Shown piece by piece: positions 27,457-39,920 of a stretch of 64,000 nt of DNA. The stretch's first letter is position 1; every line of letters begins with the position of its first letter. The notes beneath the pieces were generated by a model. The model did no database searches. It had not been told where the DNA came from and saw only the letters and a list, made by a program, of their open reading frames with translations. Both the position numbers and the translations under genes were made by a program. Source of the DNA: Camelus dromedarius (taxonomy: Eukaryota); NCBI RefSeq assembly GCF_036321535.1, contig NC_087437.1, forward strand, positions 33,544,001 through 33,608,000, read 5' to 3'.

Positions 27457-27579
27457 GTAAGTAAAAATACTAACAGAAATTAAGGTTGATGCTGAAAAGC
27501 TTACATTAAAAAAAAACTACTTGACAAAGACAGAAATAAATAAGTAAATTTATTTTATGATATCATTTTGGCCAGGAAT

Positions 27580-28800
27580 GTGGCTCATTTGAGATGGATG
27601 TATGGCTAGTTGAGCTACAATACACAAGCTGTACTGATTAACAGAGTAATATGATGCCAGAAGATGTCCCTGATGGTATGTCGGAGGGCTTGCAACTAAC
27701 CCTGCCCTGTCTCTGGCTTTAAATCAGTGAGGTGTATAGAAGGAAGTCAAAAAATTTGCAGAAAGCACAAGGGTAACACCAAGACTAATGGAATGAACAT
27801 TTGAAACAGCACTGCAGAATGGAACGAAACTGAGCTGGAATTAAAAGCAAGAAAAAAAGAGATGAAATTGAACAAAGTTAAAAGTAAAGTCTTCCATGTA
27901 GGTTTTTAAGAAAATTGTACAATTAGAGCATGTGAAAGATGTATTCTGATTTCAGATCGTGGATAAATGCTTACAGGTTTTATCTGATATTAACATGAGA
28001 CCATAGTTTTATGTGGCTTTTAAAAATATTACCACAATATTACTCTGACTAATAGGCATACGTTGTCAAGATAGAAAAAGAAAAAATGAACTACCATGAA
28101 TTGAGTATGTACAAAGCACTCTACCAGTTACTGAACACTTACAGATGTTTCCCCATCGAATTCTGATCATGGCCTTTTGACGTAGGCATTATTGTTTCCA
28201 TTGAACCGATGAGGAAAGAGGCTCAGAGAGCTTTCAGCACTTGTCTCACTACACTCAGCTGAGAGTGGGGAGGATGAGAATGAAGCTCAGGTTCACTGCC
28301 ACCAGAGCTCCTGCTCACAACCACTCAGTCCCACTGGCAAGTCCCTGTGAGCGTCACCATGCTTGGGTCTGGGTGCCCCATTAAAACGCACTTTGACCTC
28401 CCCAGGAGCACCAGAGGAGGTCATTTAAAATTGTGAGAGTTCTGGAATCATGCGAAACTATGCTTCAAAGAGCTGAGGATGTGTAGCTTGGGGAAAAGCA
28501 ACCTCAGAGGAAACATAACAGCTGTTCTTAAACATCTGAAGGAATTTTCCTGTAAAGAGGGGCTAAATTGCTCTTCTTGCTCTAGCAAGCAGAACAGGAA
28601 TCAATGAGCAGGATTTATGGAGAAACAGCTTTGTGACTCAGAGAAAAAAATATGGTAAATTTTGTAAAGATTCAGCCTGCCCACCAGAGTGGACTTCTTT
28701 GTTAAGGAGTGAGCTGATACCAGAAGTACCCAAGGGGCGTGCACATGACCAGCCATCTGAGATGCTGCGGAAAGCATTCCTGAAAATGGAAGACCCTGGA
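27580..28800 (+). mobile_element. L3/CR1 LINE 3' portion, interrupted by an antisense MIR (~28090-28330)
   Basis: gatgaaattgaacaaagttaaaagtaaagtcttcca; gagctgaggatgtgtagcttggggaaaag...acagctgttcttaaacatctgaagg. MIR core: attattgtttccattgaaccgatgaggaaagaggctcagagag. Confidence 0.7.
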
Positions 28801-29298
28801 TTTGATTCCTCTTTCTGCTTTTTCCTGGCTTTCTGAGTCTAGAAAAATTACTTAACCACCTTGAGCCCATTTTCCCACCCTGGCTTGACAGTCTTCTTGA
28901 GCGCATGAAACGAGGCTCGCATGATAGCGTGGTGCCTTCGATGGAGCTCCTTCCCTACCCGCCTGGGGGGCTGTTTGAACCAGGCGGACTCTCAAGTTCA
29001 TCCCATGTCTGTGATTCTAAGAGTTTGCCATGTTAGCACTTGAAGAACAGGTTCATTTGATCAAATGAAGTTTCTGGCTTACCTGTGGCTTTCATTTACC
29101 CTTGTTAATTTACCCTTGTTTAATTTACCTGGTTCTCATTAATATGAATAAATAAGAATAAAATAGTTTGATGTTCCTCCTCCCTCTCGCTACCACCATC
29201 GCTAGTTATATGTAAACAATAATACCTGAAGGCTTTTGGCTGAAACTGGAAAGAAGGTTTTGTGTTCTATGGTGATTAGTGTGATAATGACATTAGAT

Positions 29299-29482
29299 CA
29301 GTGGTTCATCATCTTGACTGCACTTACAATCACCAGGGAGTTTAATAAAAATGCGCTGGCCTAAGCTCCCCCAACCCCAGACAAATCAAGTATGAATCCC
29401 TGGGGGTGAGGTCCTAGAATCAGTATTTCTTAAAAGCTTCCTTCATGTGATTCTAATGAGGATCTGGGGTTGAGAACCAGTG
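29299..29482. mobile_element. MER5A hAT-Charlie MITE
   Basis: Terminal inverted repeats cagtggttc...gagaaccagtg with typical internal gtgattctaatg. Confidence 0.85.
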
Positions 29483-31585
29483 GTCTACATGCATTTTAGA
29501 TTTTTTTTTTGGTTGTTCAGTAACCTCATTTAGCTTAATTGTCTGAAGACACACTTTCTCTGCGGTATTCGGCTCAGCTCATTTATTTATTAAATCTGGC
29601 TATGCTGTTTTTTTATTATTGATTTTAATATAGGAAGTGAACTGTAGAAGTTTTTTTTTTTTCCCCTGCTAATTGACCACAATTCTATATTAAGTCCCTC
29701 ACTAACACCAACATGTATCTTTCCCAGCTCTGTGCTGACAGGAAGATATGTGAAGATTAATGGTCTACGTGTGGACTTCTGCCTCCTCCCCCTTCCTCTG
29801 TTCTTTCCCTCTGATTATCTAGAAGCCTGAGAAAGCTACAAAGCTTCTGGAAATGGCCAGTCTGCTTTGTGTGCTTATTTTTCCCAGTCCTGATTGAGGA
29901 ATTCCAGGGATGGAATTTAAAGTCTTCCCTCAAAACACACAGGACTTTCATGCTTTGTCCTAGCAGTGGCTGCCAGTTGGGACAACCCTACCCACTTGCC
30001 TGGAGTTCTGAAGGTCTTCCTGGTCTGCTTCAGGACAGGCCTGTGTCCTTCAAAGCTGTCAAATTTGATTGAAAAATTGGTGTGCTTTGAGTGAGCAGAT
30101 TAGGCATTTCATTACAGCTGTAGCTGACTTAGGTGCTGATGTAAATCATCTCAGCTACTTGAAATGACTGTAAGTTAAGCGATAGTGGTGTCATAGCAGT
30201 TGATCGGTTATTCCCCCTTGGAACATTACAGTTATTCTGAATGCTCAACAGGGCTTTGTGGTAGACAGTCAGTGGGAAGGGCGGGGAGGCTGCGACTCCG
30301 TTCTATTTGAGACCATATACTGGGCCACTCTGGTGCATTTGTGTTCTCTCTCTCTGTGAAGCTTGGCATGTGCCCATACAGAGAAGAGTAATTAGTCAGG
30401 CCATTAATTAGGAGGCTGCTTATGACTCTGTTGTTTTTGGTAATCATCATTAACTTCAGTAAGACCTTAGGCTGACTGCTATGCTTGGTAAATGCTGAGT
30501 CAGGCTGGGTACCCGACACACATTCTTCTGACATCGTCACTTTATTACCCACAGGCAATTATGGATAGAGTGAACGAAAGCTACCCAATTGAAACCTACA
30601 TATATTCGTAGTATATAGTTTGTTGAGAATTTATACATTGTAATCCCAAATTAATAAATTTGTTAATATTATTAAAAAATTTCTCTTTGTGATGACTTGA
30701 GCCCTGTCTTTGGTTGCTATATATCAGCAGGGCCCACAACACCTCACTTGTATCTCTGTTGCCCAATTTGCTAATTTGTTATTAAGGAGTATAACTTACA
30801 GCACTTAAAGTATCCTTTTTCTAAGGCTGTTGTTCCTACAAGACTACAGAACTATAAAAATGAGACTTTCCATGCCTACCGACACTGGATTAGGTCTCTC
30901 TGTGTTTCCCCTTTAATAACATCCATCACATTTAGAATTACTTGTTCAATATCCATCTTCTTGGACCGTAAGAACAGGAACCACGTTTAGTGTTTTCACC
31001 ATTGTATCCCCATGTTTTACATTATTCCTAGCCCATAGGAGACATTTACTATATCTATAAATGAGGGAATGAGGTTAAATTAATAATGGACCCTGAACAC
31101 CAACAGCACAGACCAGATGAGACGGTTTTTTCCCTTGCCTCTCAGCATCCCATCTGGGCAACCACAAAGCTATCTTGGGCTGATGGCACCACCTAGTGGC
31201 CATGTGCACATACATATGATCTATCATGTTTTCCTCATCACTTGGTTATTCCTTTCTCAGGAGGAGAGAATACAGTCATTATCCTAATGATGCCTTTGCA
31301 TGTTTTTTTTCTTATCTTTTCCTTTTCTTTACCATCACTGTAATACTGGTCCTCATTACCTGGCCAATTTGAATACCCACCTAAATAATTTCCTTCATTC
31401 TTCTTGCTCACTCCCACCACAAACCATTCTTAGACATCCCATTCATCACATTTTCCTGTTTCAAATGCTTTATTTCCCTGCAGCAGTGTTTTTCAAACAC
31501 AATCCATTGATAGTTTCTTAAATCGATTTGATGGGTCACCACTAGCACTTAAAAAAACTGAACTATAATTGAAAATATCAGAGTT

Positions 31586-31692
31586 GGTGGACATTTAGGT
31601 TGCTCCCATATCTTGGCTATTGTAAATAATGCTATTATGAACATTGGGGTGCATGTATCTTTTTGAATCAGTGTTTTTGTTTTCTTTGGATT
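31586..31692 (-). mobile_element. Short L1 ORF2-end fragment
   Basis: ggacatttaggttgctcccatatcttggctattgtaaataatgct...gtgcatgtatctttttgaatcagtgtt. Confidence 0.85.
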
Positions 31693-32346
31693 CTACTCCT
31701 TTGTTTTAATATCTTCCTCATATGTATTACCTTTTACGTCTCAACTTGTCTAATTCCTGTCCATTCTTCAAAACCCAGCACAACTGCCATCCGCTCTGTG
31801 AAGCCTTCCTTGACCACTGTAGTATCCAGTGACTGTCTTACATAAACTCATAGGAGCAGTGACCATATATTCATCATCATCTGTCTTTCTCCAGGGCAGA
31901 TTCAGGCTTTGTTCATAGCGGGAGCTCTGAAAAAGTTTACAGAATGAAAGGAGGAAAGGTTCACTAGTGGTAGCACTGTAGGGAATGAATTAAGTTCTTT
32001 CTACTACTCGCTAGTTGGACGATACCAGGAGATTTGTAACACTATACTTACTTTCCCCCGAAACGGCCTAACGGTCCGCTTTCCTCTTTGCTTAAAGTAA
32101 ATGACTTACATGCCTTAGATGAATGTTGAGCTGAGTGGCAGAAATCAAGAACAGTGATGTTAAAAAACAAAACAACATTTTCTTTCTATGTACAGTTATT
32201 TATCCACCACCCATCAATAGGAACTTTTAGGACCCTATTAATAAATTAAAGTGAATAAAATTGAATATATATTTGCCTTTTCAATTAAATCTAAATTGGC
32301 AGTATTATTGATGTAGATGTCAACTTTATGGGTTCAGCTATATTGA

Positions 32347-32448
<102 letters not shown>

Positions 32449-33195
32449 TAAGTTATTTCAAAGTTTACTTTAAAGCACTTGTTTTAAAGTTCTTGCTTTC
32501 TTAATCTCTGAACTATTCTAGAATGTAGGGATACAAGAATTACACATTCATTTGTTTCACATTTATATGTTATACATTGTTTCCTCCCTGTTCTAAGCAG
32601 CAGCAAAGCCATTTGCTTCATCATTTCTTGGTTTTTCCCTTTTCGAGTAACGTTCTTCAGCTTCTACTAGCATTTCCACTGTCTCTCTTCTTAGTAACTT
32701 GTTAGTTCCACCTTGGAACAACTGGGTTATTTCTTTTACACACACTCGCACGCACACACACACATCTTTTCAACCCTGTTCCTTCTTCCTGCTTCCAGTC
32801 CAGCTCTTACCCAGTTGTTTTGGGAAAATATCTCTTCCCTTTCTTCCTCACTTCTTATCCTTTTCTTTCTTATTCTCTCTTAATAGGGCCAAATGAGAGT
32901 CCTTTTCCTCCACTACCAATGACTATTGCACAAAAATACTGCTAAATACACCTCAATATTAATAAAAGTGAAACTAGTAAGACCCAAGGTGAAACAGGTG
33001 ATGTGGTATTCTAGAACAAAATAACGACCTTCTAAAACCATTACCAAGTAGGGAAGGGGCCTAACGTAATCACTGTAGATGTACTCTTAAACTGTGCTTG
33101 TTCTCTGTGATCCTTTCCCATTCATATTTCCTTCAGGGGTGCATGTAAGTATTGCCAGTGAGGGTGTGTATAATCTCTTCCTCCCGCTCTCTTAA

Positions 33196-33220
33196 ACACA
33201 CACACACACACACACACACA
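33196..33220. repeat. (CA)12 microsatellite
   Basis: Read directly from the sequence. Confidence 0.95.
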
Positions 33221-35964
33221 GAGCTTAACACTCTGAGAAGCACGTATCTGGAGAATTTAAACATGACAGCTTGGCCAGGGTCACTGATCATGTGCAAAAA
33301 GCCCAAAGAGGAATCTTTTAGAAAAGAAGTCCCCTTGAAGAAAGGCACCTGGAGGTGTACGACAAGCCGTTGCTGGATTTAGGAATTGCAACAGACATGA
33401 CACAGATACACAGTATCCTGGTGGATAAAAGCAAACATTAATACACACCCCTGTAAGTCTACGTTAACCTTGGTTATCAGTAAAAAGCTTGTCTCTGAGC
33501 GAGCACATAGTGCTACCTCTCAAGGTGAAATTCAAACGTGGCTTCTGAACCAGTTGGGTCCCCTGCTAGGTCACTCTGCGTCGTACTTAGTTAAATGAAT
33601 AATGAATCAGGCCCGCAAATCACTTTATATAAGCAGTGTGTCAGCCTTACTACACAAGATGTTGGTTTCCAAACATAGGTTGCCTTATCCTAGGAATTTT
33701 CTCATTAAGATAACATCCTCTTAACTGAAAAAGCGCTGGAAAGGAAAGTTGGTTGTGTGAAAAATTGGAGTGTTTAATTTGAATGCTGAAACGAAGTTAA
33801 GAACCCTCCCTGGTCTTTTTTAGTCTTCATCATCTCCAAGCTGTAGGGGCAGAGCGACAGGTGCCAGGAGGAGGAGCAAGCAAAGGAAAGCTCTCTGTGC
33901 CCGAGAGCCCAGCCAGCTCAGAGATTTTATGTGTAGCTGGTTTGATGGGGGAGTCTCAGACCAGTGAGGTGCAAACAGAATGGTTTTCTCTCTCCTAATA
34001 ACTCTGAACCCCATTTCCACTCACCATAGGGGGATGAGGGAGAGAAAACTTAATCTTGTCCAATAATGGAATTTGAGTCCCATTGGAGAATTTAGTCCAG
34101 TTCAGTGACTCTTGTCTAATCTGGTTATTAAATTCTTAAATCTCATGACAGGCCGAACATCTCCTCTCCACCCATTAGACCTTTCCTACAGCTGTGCAGC
34201 TAGCTCCCCGCCTTCCCCCTCATCTCCTCTTTCCACCCTCCCCAGCTCCCCTCCCTTCCCTCTCCCTTCCTCCCCTGCTGTCACTCACCTCTCCCACCCT
34301 CTGAGTGCTGAACACCGAAGCTGCCCCAGGTTTCCTGTTGATGGTGAGCGCTTGCACCGCCAGGCAGTTCTTTCCTTAAAAACAGACCTAAGGATTGGGA
34401 CTCTGTGGGAAGGGTCACTGGGTCTCCCCTGAGCCCCCACCAGTGGTGTGGGCTGCACCCCTCAATGTATCCATTGCTTTGCTGGGGCTGTCTCCCCCAG
34501 GCCGACCTTGGCATCCTCAACAGGGAGGATCTCAGCATACCCCCATCCCTGCTTCCCAGGGAACCTTCCTTAGGCCTGCGGAGCACTGGGTATGAAAGAT
34601 GGGCCTTGTCCCACATTCTGGAGTCACTGTCAAACTTCACAGGCTTTCTCGTAGAGTCTTTTGTCTTCTATTAGTGGGAACCAGCTGAACACGTACCTTT
34701 ACCAGGTAGAAGGCGGGGTAGGGAGAAGTGAGAGTTATGACACCACAACATCTGCTTTCCTGGAAACTCTCCAATCGCCACCCTGATGTGGGGAGAGCAG
34801 CAGGTTCCAATGAAGGTTTTCTGGACAGTCCAGCTCCTGCAAGCCCCAAGGGGGGTGCACCTTGGCAGGTCAGTCTCTGAATGTCAAAGATGAGGTAAGA
34901 TGAGAACTCTTCTCAGGTGTGGGCGCCTCCACTGTGACCCTGCTGCTAGTGCGAACCTGGTCGGGGTCAGATGGGGCAGGAAAGGGTCTCGGTTGTTCCC
35001 TCACACTCAGGACAACATAAACAGGAAATATTTTGATAAGAAAGCCTAAACCTGTGTGTGGCCATGCAAGGAATCAGTGGAAAGAAGCAGAGGTCTACAG
35101 GGAAAGAACATGTGTGTTGAAGGGTGGAATCGAGAGGACATGTCGGGAAGGGTGCATTCCCTGGCTCACGAAAGCCACCGTTAAGAGGTTATTTTGAGTT
35201 TTAGACTTGGAGGATCAAAGAACTGCATCAAAGGGGTGAAAACAATCAAGATTGCACAGCTATTAATAAAAAGTCACTTTGGGGAGGTGAAAGGCAAGTT
35301 TCCTGAAGATCAAACAAAAGCAAGCCTCTTCTGTCAGAAAATTTGGTGCAAGCAAAAGTAATAGTGAAAGCACCACAACGGAGGCTGTCGTTGCGACCCT
35401 TAGACTGAAGATGGGAGTGTGCTTAAGGGCCGAGGCTGGGAGTGCGCACACACATCAAAGGGGTGCAGGCTTTAGCACCGAGGCCGGACTGCAAAGGAAG
35501 GAAACAGACCCTCCAAATCCCACCAAACCTCTGCCCTTCATGCTGGGGTCACCCCTTGCCTGTTGCCGCGAGATCTAAAGCGCATCTTTCGAATACAAAC
35601 CGTCATTTAAAAGTTGCTCATTGACTCTGTGCAATCCCTCTCTTTATGTTTTAACAGTATGTATATTTTGTGATGGAACAACGTAGCGATCTTTTGGATA
35701 TGAATCATCTTTTAAAAGTCTGCTCATTAAATATGTTCAATTCCTCTCCTTATTTTTTATTAACATATTTTACTTAGTGATCAAATAACATTTAGATTCT
35801 ATAAGGGAGAGACAGAGACAGACAGACACACTATTGAGAAGGAAGACAATTCCCAAGAGAATTGCAAAGCTCGTTTTCAATGAAGCCTTGTTAAATTGCA
35901 TTTGTTTGAGAGTAATACCTGTCAACTGTAGTCAAAAGTTTAATTAAAAAGATATGAGAGAAGT

Positions 35965-36170
35965 GGGATTGAGAGCACAGACTTTGGAGTTAGAGCACCC
36001 TAGGTTCAAATCCCAGCTCTGCTCCTTACCTGCTGTGTGACCTTGCAAGCACTGCTTACCTCTCTGGGCCTCAGTTACACTTCTCTATAAAATGAGAACA
36101 CTAATCATGTCTTAAAGGATTGTAGTGAGCTTTCAGTGAGAAAATCCAAGGAACACATTTAGTCTAGTGT
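35965..36170 (+). mobile_element. MIR SINE
   Basis: gagcacagactttggagttaga...ggttcaaatcccagctctgc...tgtgtgaccttg...cctcagtt...tataaaatgag. Confidence 0.88.
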
Positions 36171-36524
36171 GTCTTTTCCATGCAATTGTACCTTTTCCAA
36201 ATATATTTTGTGTCAAATTGGGCTACTAAAATATTGTCTGTAAAGATCCTTAGGAATCCAGTGTATCATATCAATGTATATGATTTCCATGATTTCCTTA
36301 AGTAATTATAATAATTTATCTCAGACCTCTATTTGTCAAGTTTGGGGCTAAGTGACTTAAATACTTTATCTTGACTCTGCAAGAGTTACAAAGAAGTTAT
36401 TGTTATTCCCATTTTGTGCATAAGCAAAATGTAGGCCGGTAAGTTTAGTATTTTGCCCAAGGCCACAGCTAATGAGAAGTAAAACTGAACAAGAATCCAT
36501 ATCACTCTAAACACATTTAGTTTT

Positions 36525-38520
36525 GGGGAAGTCCTGGTTTAAGATAGGGATGTAGGAAGACCCTGTACCGTTTTCTCCCACGGATGCATTGAATCTACAG
36601 CTACAATTCCATATATTAAAAAAAACCCAAAACACTGGTGGAGTGACCCCTTCACATTGGGCAAACAAGAGGGAAACCACATCAAAGTGCATCGGAAAAG
36701 CTGAGACACAGTCTCTCCATAAGCCCCACCCCCGGGGTGACAGCCCACCATCCCGAGGGAACTCCAAACCCAGAGCTTTCCTCTGAGAAGCAAAAGGTTT
36801 ATACCCCACATTGAGCACACCAACTTTCAAGGCTGGTACCCGAGAGACGAGCCCCCAGACCCCTGGCTTTGAAGACCAGCGGGGCTCAAGGAGATCCTAG
36901 AGGCTGTGGCGAACTGAAGATCATCCTTTAAAGGGCCCACACGCAGACTCACCCACTCCAGGGCCCAGTGCAGAAGCAACCCTTTAAAGAGTGCCCAGAC
37001 TTTATGTGAAAGAAACTCATTTGCTGATTTTGAAGCGTTGGTCTGAGGGGCAGGGGCCTGCTGGCATACCCTCCAGGCCTGGGGCTGGTGGGCGCCATCG
37101 TCCCACTCTCTGTCTGGCTCCGGCTGGTGGGTGCTGTCTCTGCGCTCTCCCTCTGCTGTGCTTCACAGCACCTGTGTCTCCTGCAGGGGAGGCTCTGCAC
37201 ACATCTGGTGCCGCAGTTCTTATCTCTGCTGCCCTGGCCTTTGCAGCTGCCACCCAGGGGATGTCTCTTGATTGCCTGGCTCTGGAGTCCAGGGGAGTGT
37301 CATTCCTGGGTCCCATGGGACTATAGCCTCCAGACCACTGCACAGATAGCAGACTGAAGCACACCCCCTGGTATTCCTGAGAAAGAAGCCTATTTCCTTG
37401 TCCGGGAGCTTTGGCCTGAGGGTCAAGCTTCTGATTTGGCAAAGCAGGGAACAGAGGCCGGTGCGTGCAGTCTTGGAGCTTTTCCTCTGCTTCACTCCAT
37501 ATTGCTGGTATCTTCCAGAAAGGAGCATGTACCCTTGCATGATGCCCTGATTTTTGCGGCTGCTGCCAGGAGACACTTCTACGCTGCCTGGCTCTGGGTG
37601 GCCTGGCTCAGGGCTTACACTCGTGGGTCCTATAGGACTGTAACTAATGGAGAAAGAGGTGTTGTTGTTTTGGAGAAACAGTTCTTAAACAGCTACCACT
37701 CCCAGGGCACAGCAAGAAGCAACACACCAGGAGCTCAGAAGCTCAGTCTTTCTGTGAAAGGGTCAGGCTTCTAATTAAATGCTTCTAAGGGCCAACTGTA
37801 AGCCTTTCCTGAGACCTTGGAAGGTGGGCACTGTCTTCAAGCTCTCCCTCTGCCGCACTGCAGAGCATCAGCATCTCTTGGAGAGGACCTTTTATACGTG
37901 TCCGGTGCGCTGGTTATTGTGGCTCCCCCCCAGCAGACCCCCCTCAATCTCCTCCTGGCTGTGGAGGCCAGCAGGGCTTATGCTTGTGGTCCCACAAGAC
38001 AGTATCTATTGTGTTTTTTAAAAGCTGCTGCCTGAGTGTCTGGCTTCCATTCAGCCTAAATCTAGGTGCTGCTGAAGATCCCCCCCTTTGTGGCACTGAC
38101 TGGTCTTCGCACACCCTTACCTACTGGGAGTTATTAAAAGTAGAATAGGTTACTTGGATACTCAGAGATTTGAGGGACAACCAAGAGCTGGGGCAAGGTT
38201 GAATGATAAGTTTCGCCTCCTACCCAAGGCCAGCCCTTCAAGCTGAGGAGGGATGGCTGCTTCATCTAATACATAGAAACCAACACAGAGAATCAAGCAA
38301 AATGAAGGGACAGAGGAATATGCTCCCAATGAAAGAACAGGATAAAACCTTCATGAAATGGAGATAAACAAATTATCTGACAAAAAGTTCAAAATAAGAG
38401 GTCATAAATATGCTCACTGAGTTCAGAAGAATGGGTGAACACAGTGAGAACTTCAACAAAGAGATGGAAAATATAAGAAGGCACCAAGGAGAAGTCACAG
38501 AGCTGAAGAATACAGTAAAC
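36525..38520 (+). mobile_element. L1 5' UTR plus start of ORF1; the 3' part is missing
   Basis: aagatagggatgtaggaagaccctg resembles an L1 5' terminus. ~1.8-kb GC-rich UTR, then ATG 38302 (MKGQRNMLPMKEQDKT) and ORF1 coiled-coil-like sequence (gagaacttcaacaaagagatggaaaatataag). Confidence 0.8.
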
Positions 38521-39429
38521 ATACTTGTGTCTAACCACACCTCCTTGTGAGGTAAAACCTGTTCTTCTTTGAGCATTTATTGAGCTATTTCTGGGACATA
38601 ATCTAAGGAGAATATATTGTTGGTTACCTACTTACCATATTCCTAGAATGGTAGAGAGATGATGGGCACACATGGTCATTGCCTTCCAGGGCTTCACAGT
38701 CTAGTGGAGGAAGAGGACTCATTGGAAAAGAGGTGTCTGGACCGGGCTAATCAGATACTCTTCTTTTTGAGTGGTTATTACCTCCCGGAGCTACTGATCT
38801 CTTTCATAGACTCAGTTGCCTCTGTGAGCCTCATTTCTGAAGTGCCTTCTCAGTCTTCCTAAAGAAAAGAGCCAAGACCCCAGTGGCCCAAATTCCCATC
38901 TGTGAAGGAGTCGGGGGTTGCTGACAGTTAGGGTGGTCATAGATGTTGGTGAAGAAACTGGTAGAAAGATCCAGAAGAGCATGACTCTAAGATGCTTAAG
39001 ACGTACCAACAGTCAGAGTAGGGAGCTGAGGTCAGGAGTTACAAACTGAGCAGAAACTTCAGTCTGGGATGGCGGGATAGAGATACGGGCAACTGCTATG
39101 GAAAACCCGTCTGTTGCCTGCAGTGGCCCTTTCCTGGCATTTGGGAAGGTCTGTATGAAGATCCAGGGTTGCAGCCGACACCAAATCATACAAACATGAC
39201 AAATCTGTTAGGGTACCTTTTAGTTGCTTGTAGAAAATGTAACTAACAGAGGCTTAAACAAATAGGGGTTCTACTTATCACTCAAGCCAAACCCACCATC
39301 TTGCTCCCTTCTCCATCTCTCCCATTTGCCAAACCATGAGGAAGGAGTGCAGTGTAATAGGGGAGACAGGGAATCTGGTCCAAGGGTTGGGTAGGTCAGT
39401 TCCCATATTGTTCCACCAAACTTGGCCAG

Positions 39430-39920
39430 GACTCTTTATTGCAAGTAACAGAAATTCAACTCAAACTAACTTACATATAAAAAGAGATGATATTAGATCA
39501 CCCAACAGAAACCCCCAGGGGCTAATGTGCTTCAGACAAGGTCATAAGGCATCTCTGTCTCTTGTCTTCTGTAAGCTCTGCTCTCTGCATTATTGCTTCT
39601 TTCTCTCCCAGCATTGTGGCAAAGTGACCACGAACAGTCCAGGCTTACAACCTACCAATTGGAGGTCTCCAGGTGCAGGAGGGGGCTTCTTTCTCAGTAG
39701 CTTCTCATTGGCCTGGCTTGAGCCAAGTGTGCATCCATGAACCAATCACTGCCTGCTGGTTGGTCAGCCCCAGCACACGGACTGCTGTCTACAGTGGAGG
39801 GGTAGGATCTGCTCCATCCAAAGCTCCTGGGTTGAGGGTTGGTGGGTCCCCAAGGGAAAATGGGCACTGGAACCAAAAGAAGGAGTAATTAATGTTGGCC
39901 AGGCAAAGCCTACCACTGTG
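39430..39920 (-). mobile_element. Old MaLR LTR (MLT1J/K-like)
   Basis: ggactctttattgcaagtaacagaaattcaactcaaacta...gtgcatccatgaaccaatcactg. Confidence 0.7.

Noticed and set aside
29093..29130. Short tandem (atttacccttgtt)x2.5; similar 14-bp duplication near 10268-10293
   Set aside because: Ordinary slippage duplications with no spacer structure.
34130..34860. Possible ERVL-type LTR; similarly 2540-3000 and 24330-24730
   Set aside because: LTR-like by impression only; I could not fix termini or family, so they are not listed as features.
36800..38100. GC-rich region with several 90-140 aa ORFs as a CpG-island gene
   Set aside because: Better explained as an L1 5' UTR leading into ORF1; GC richness accounts for the longer ORFs.
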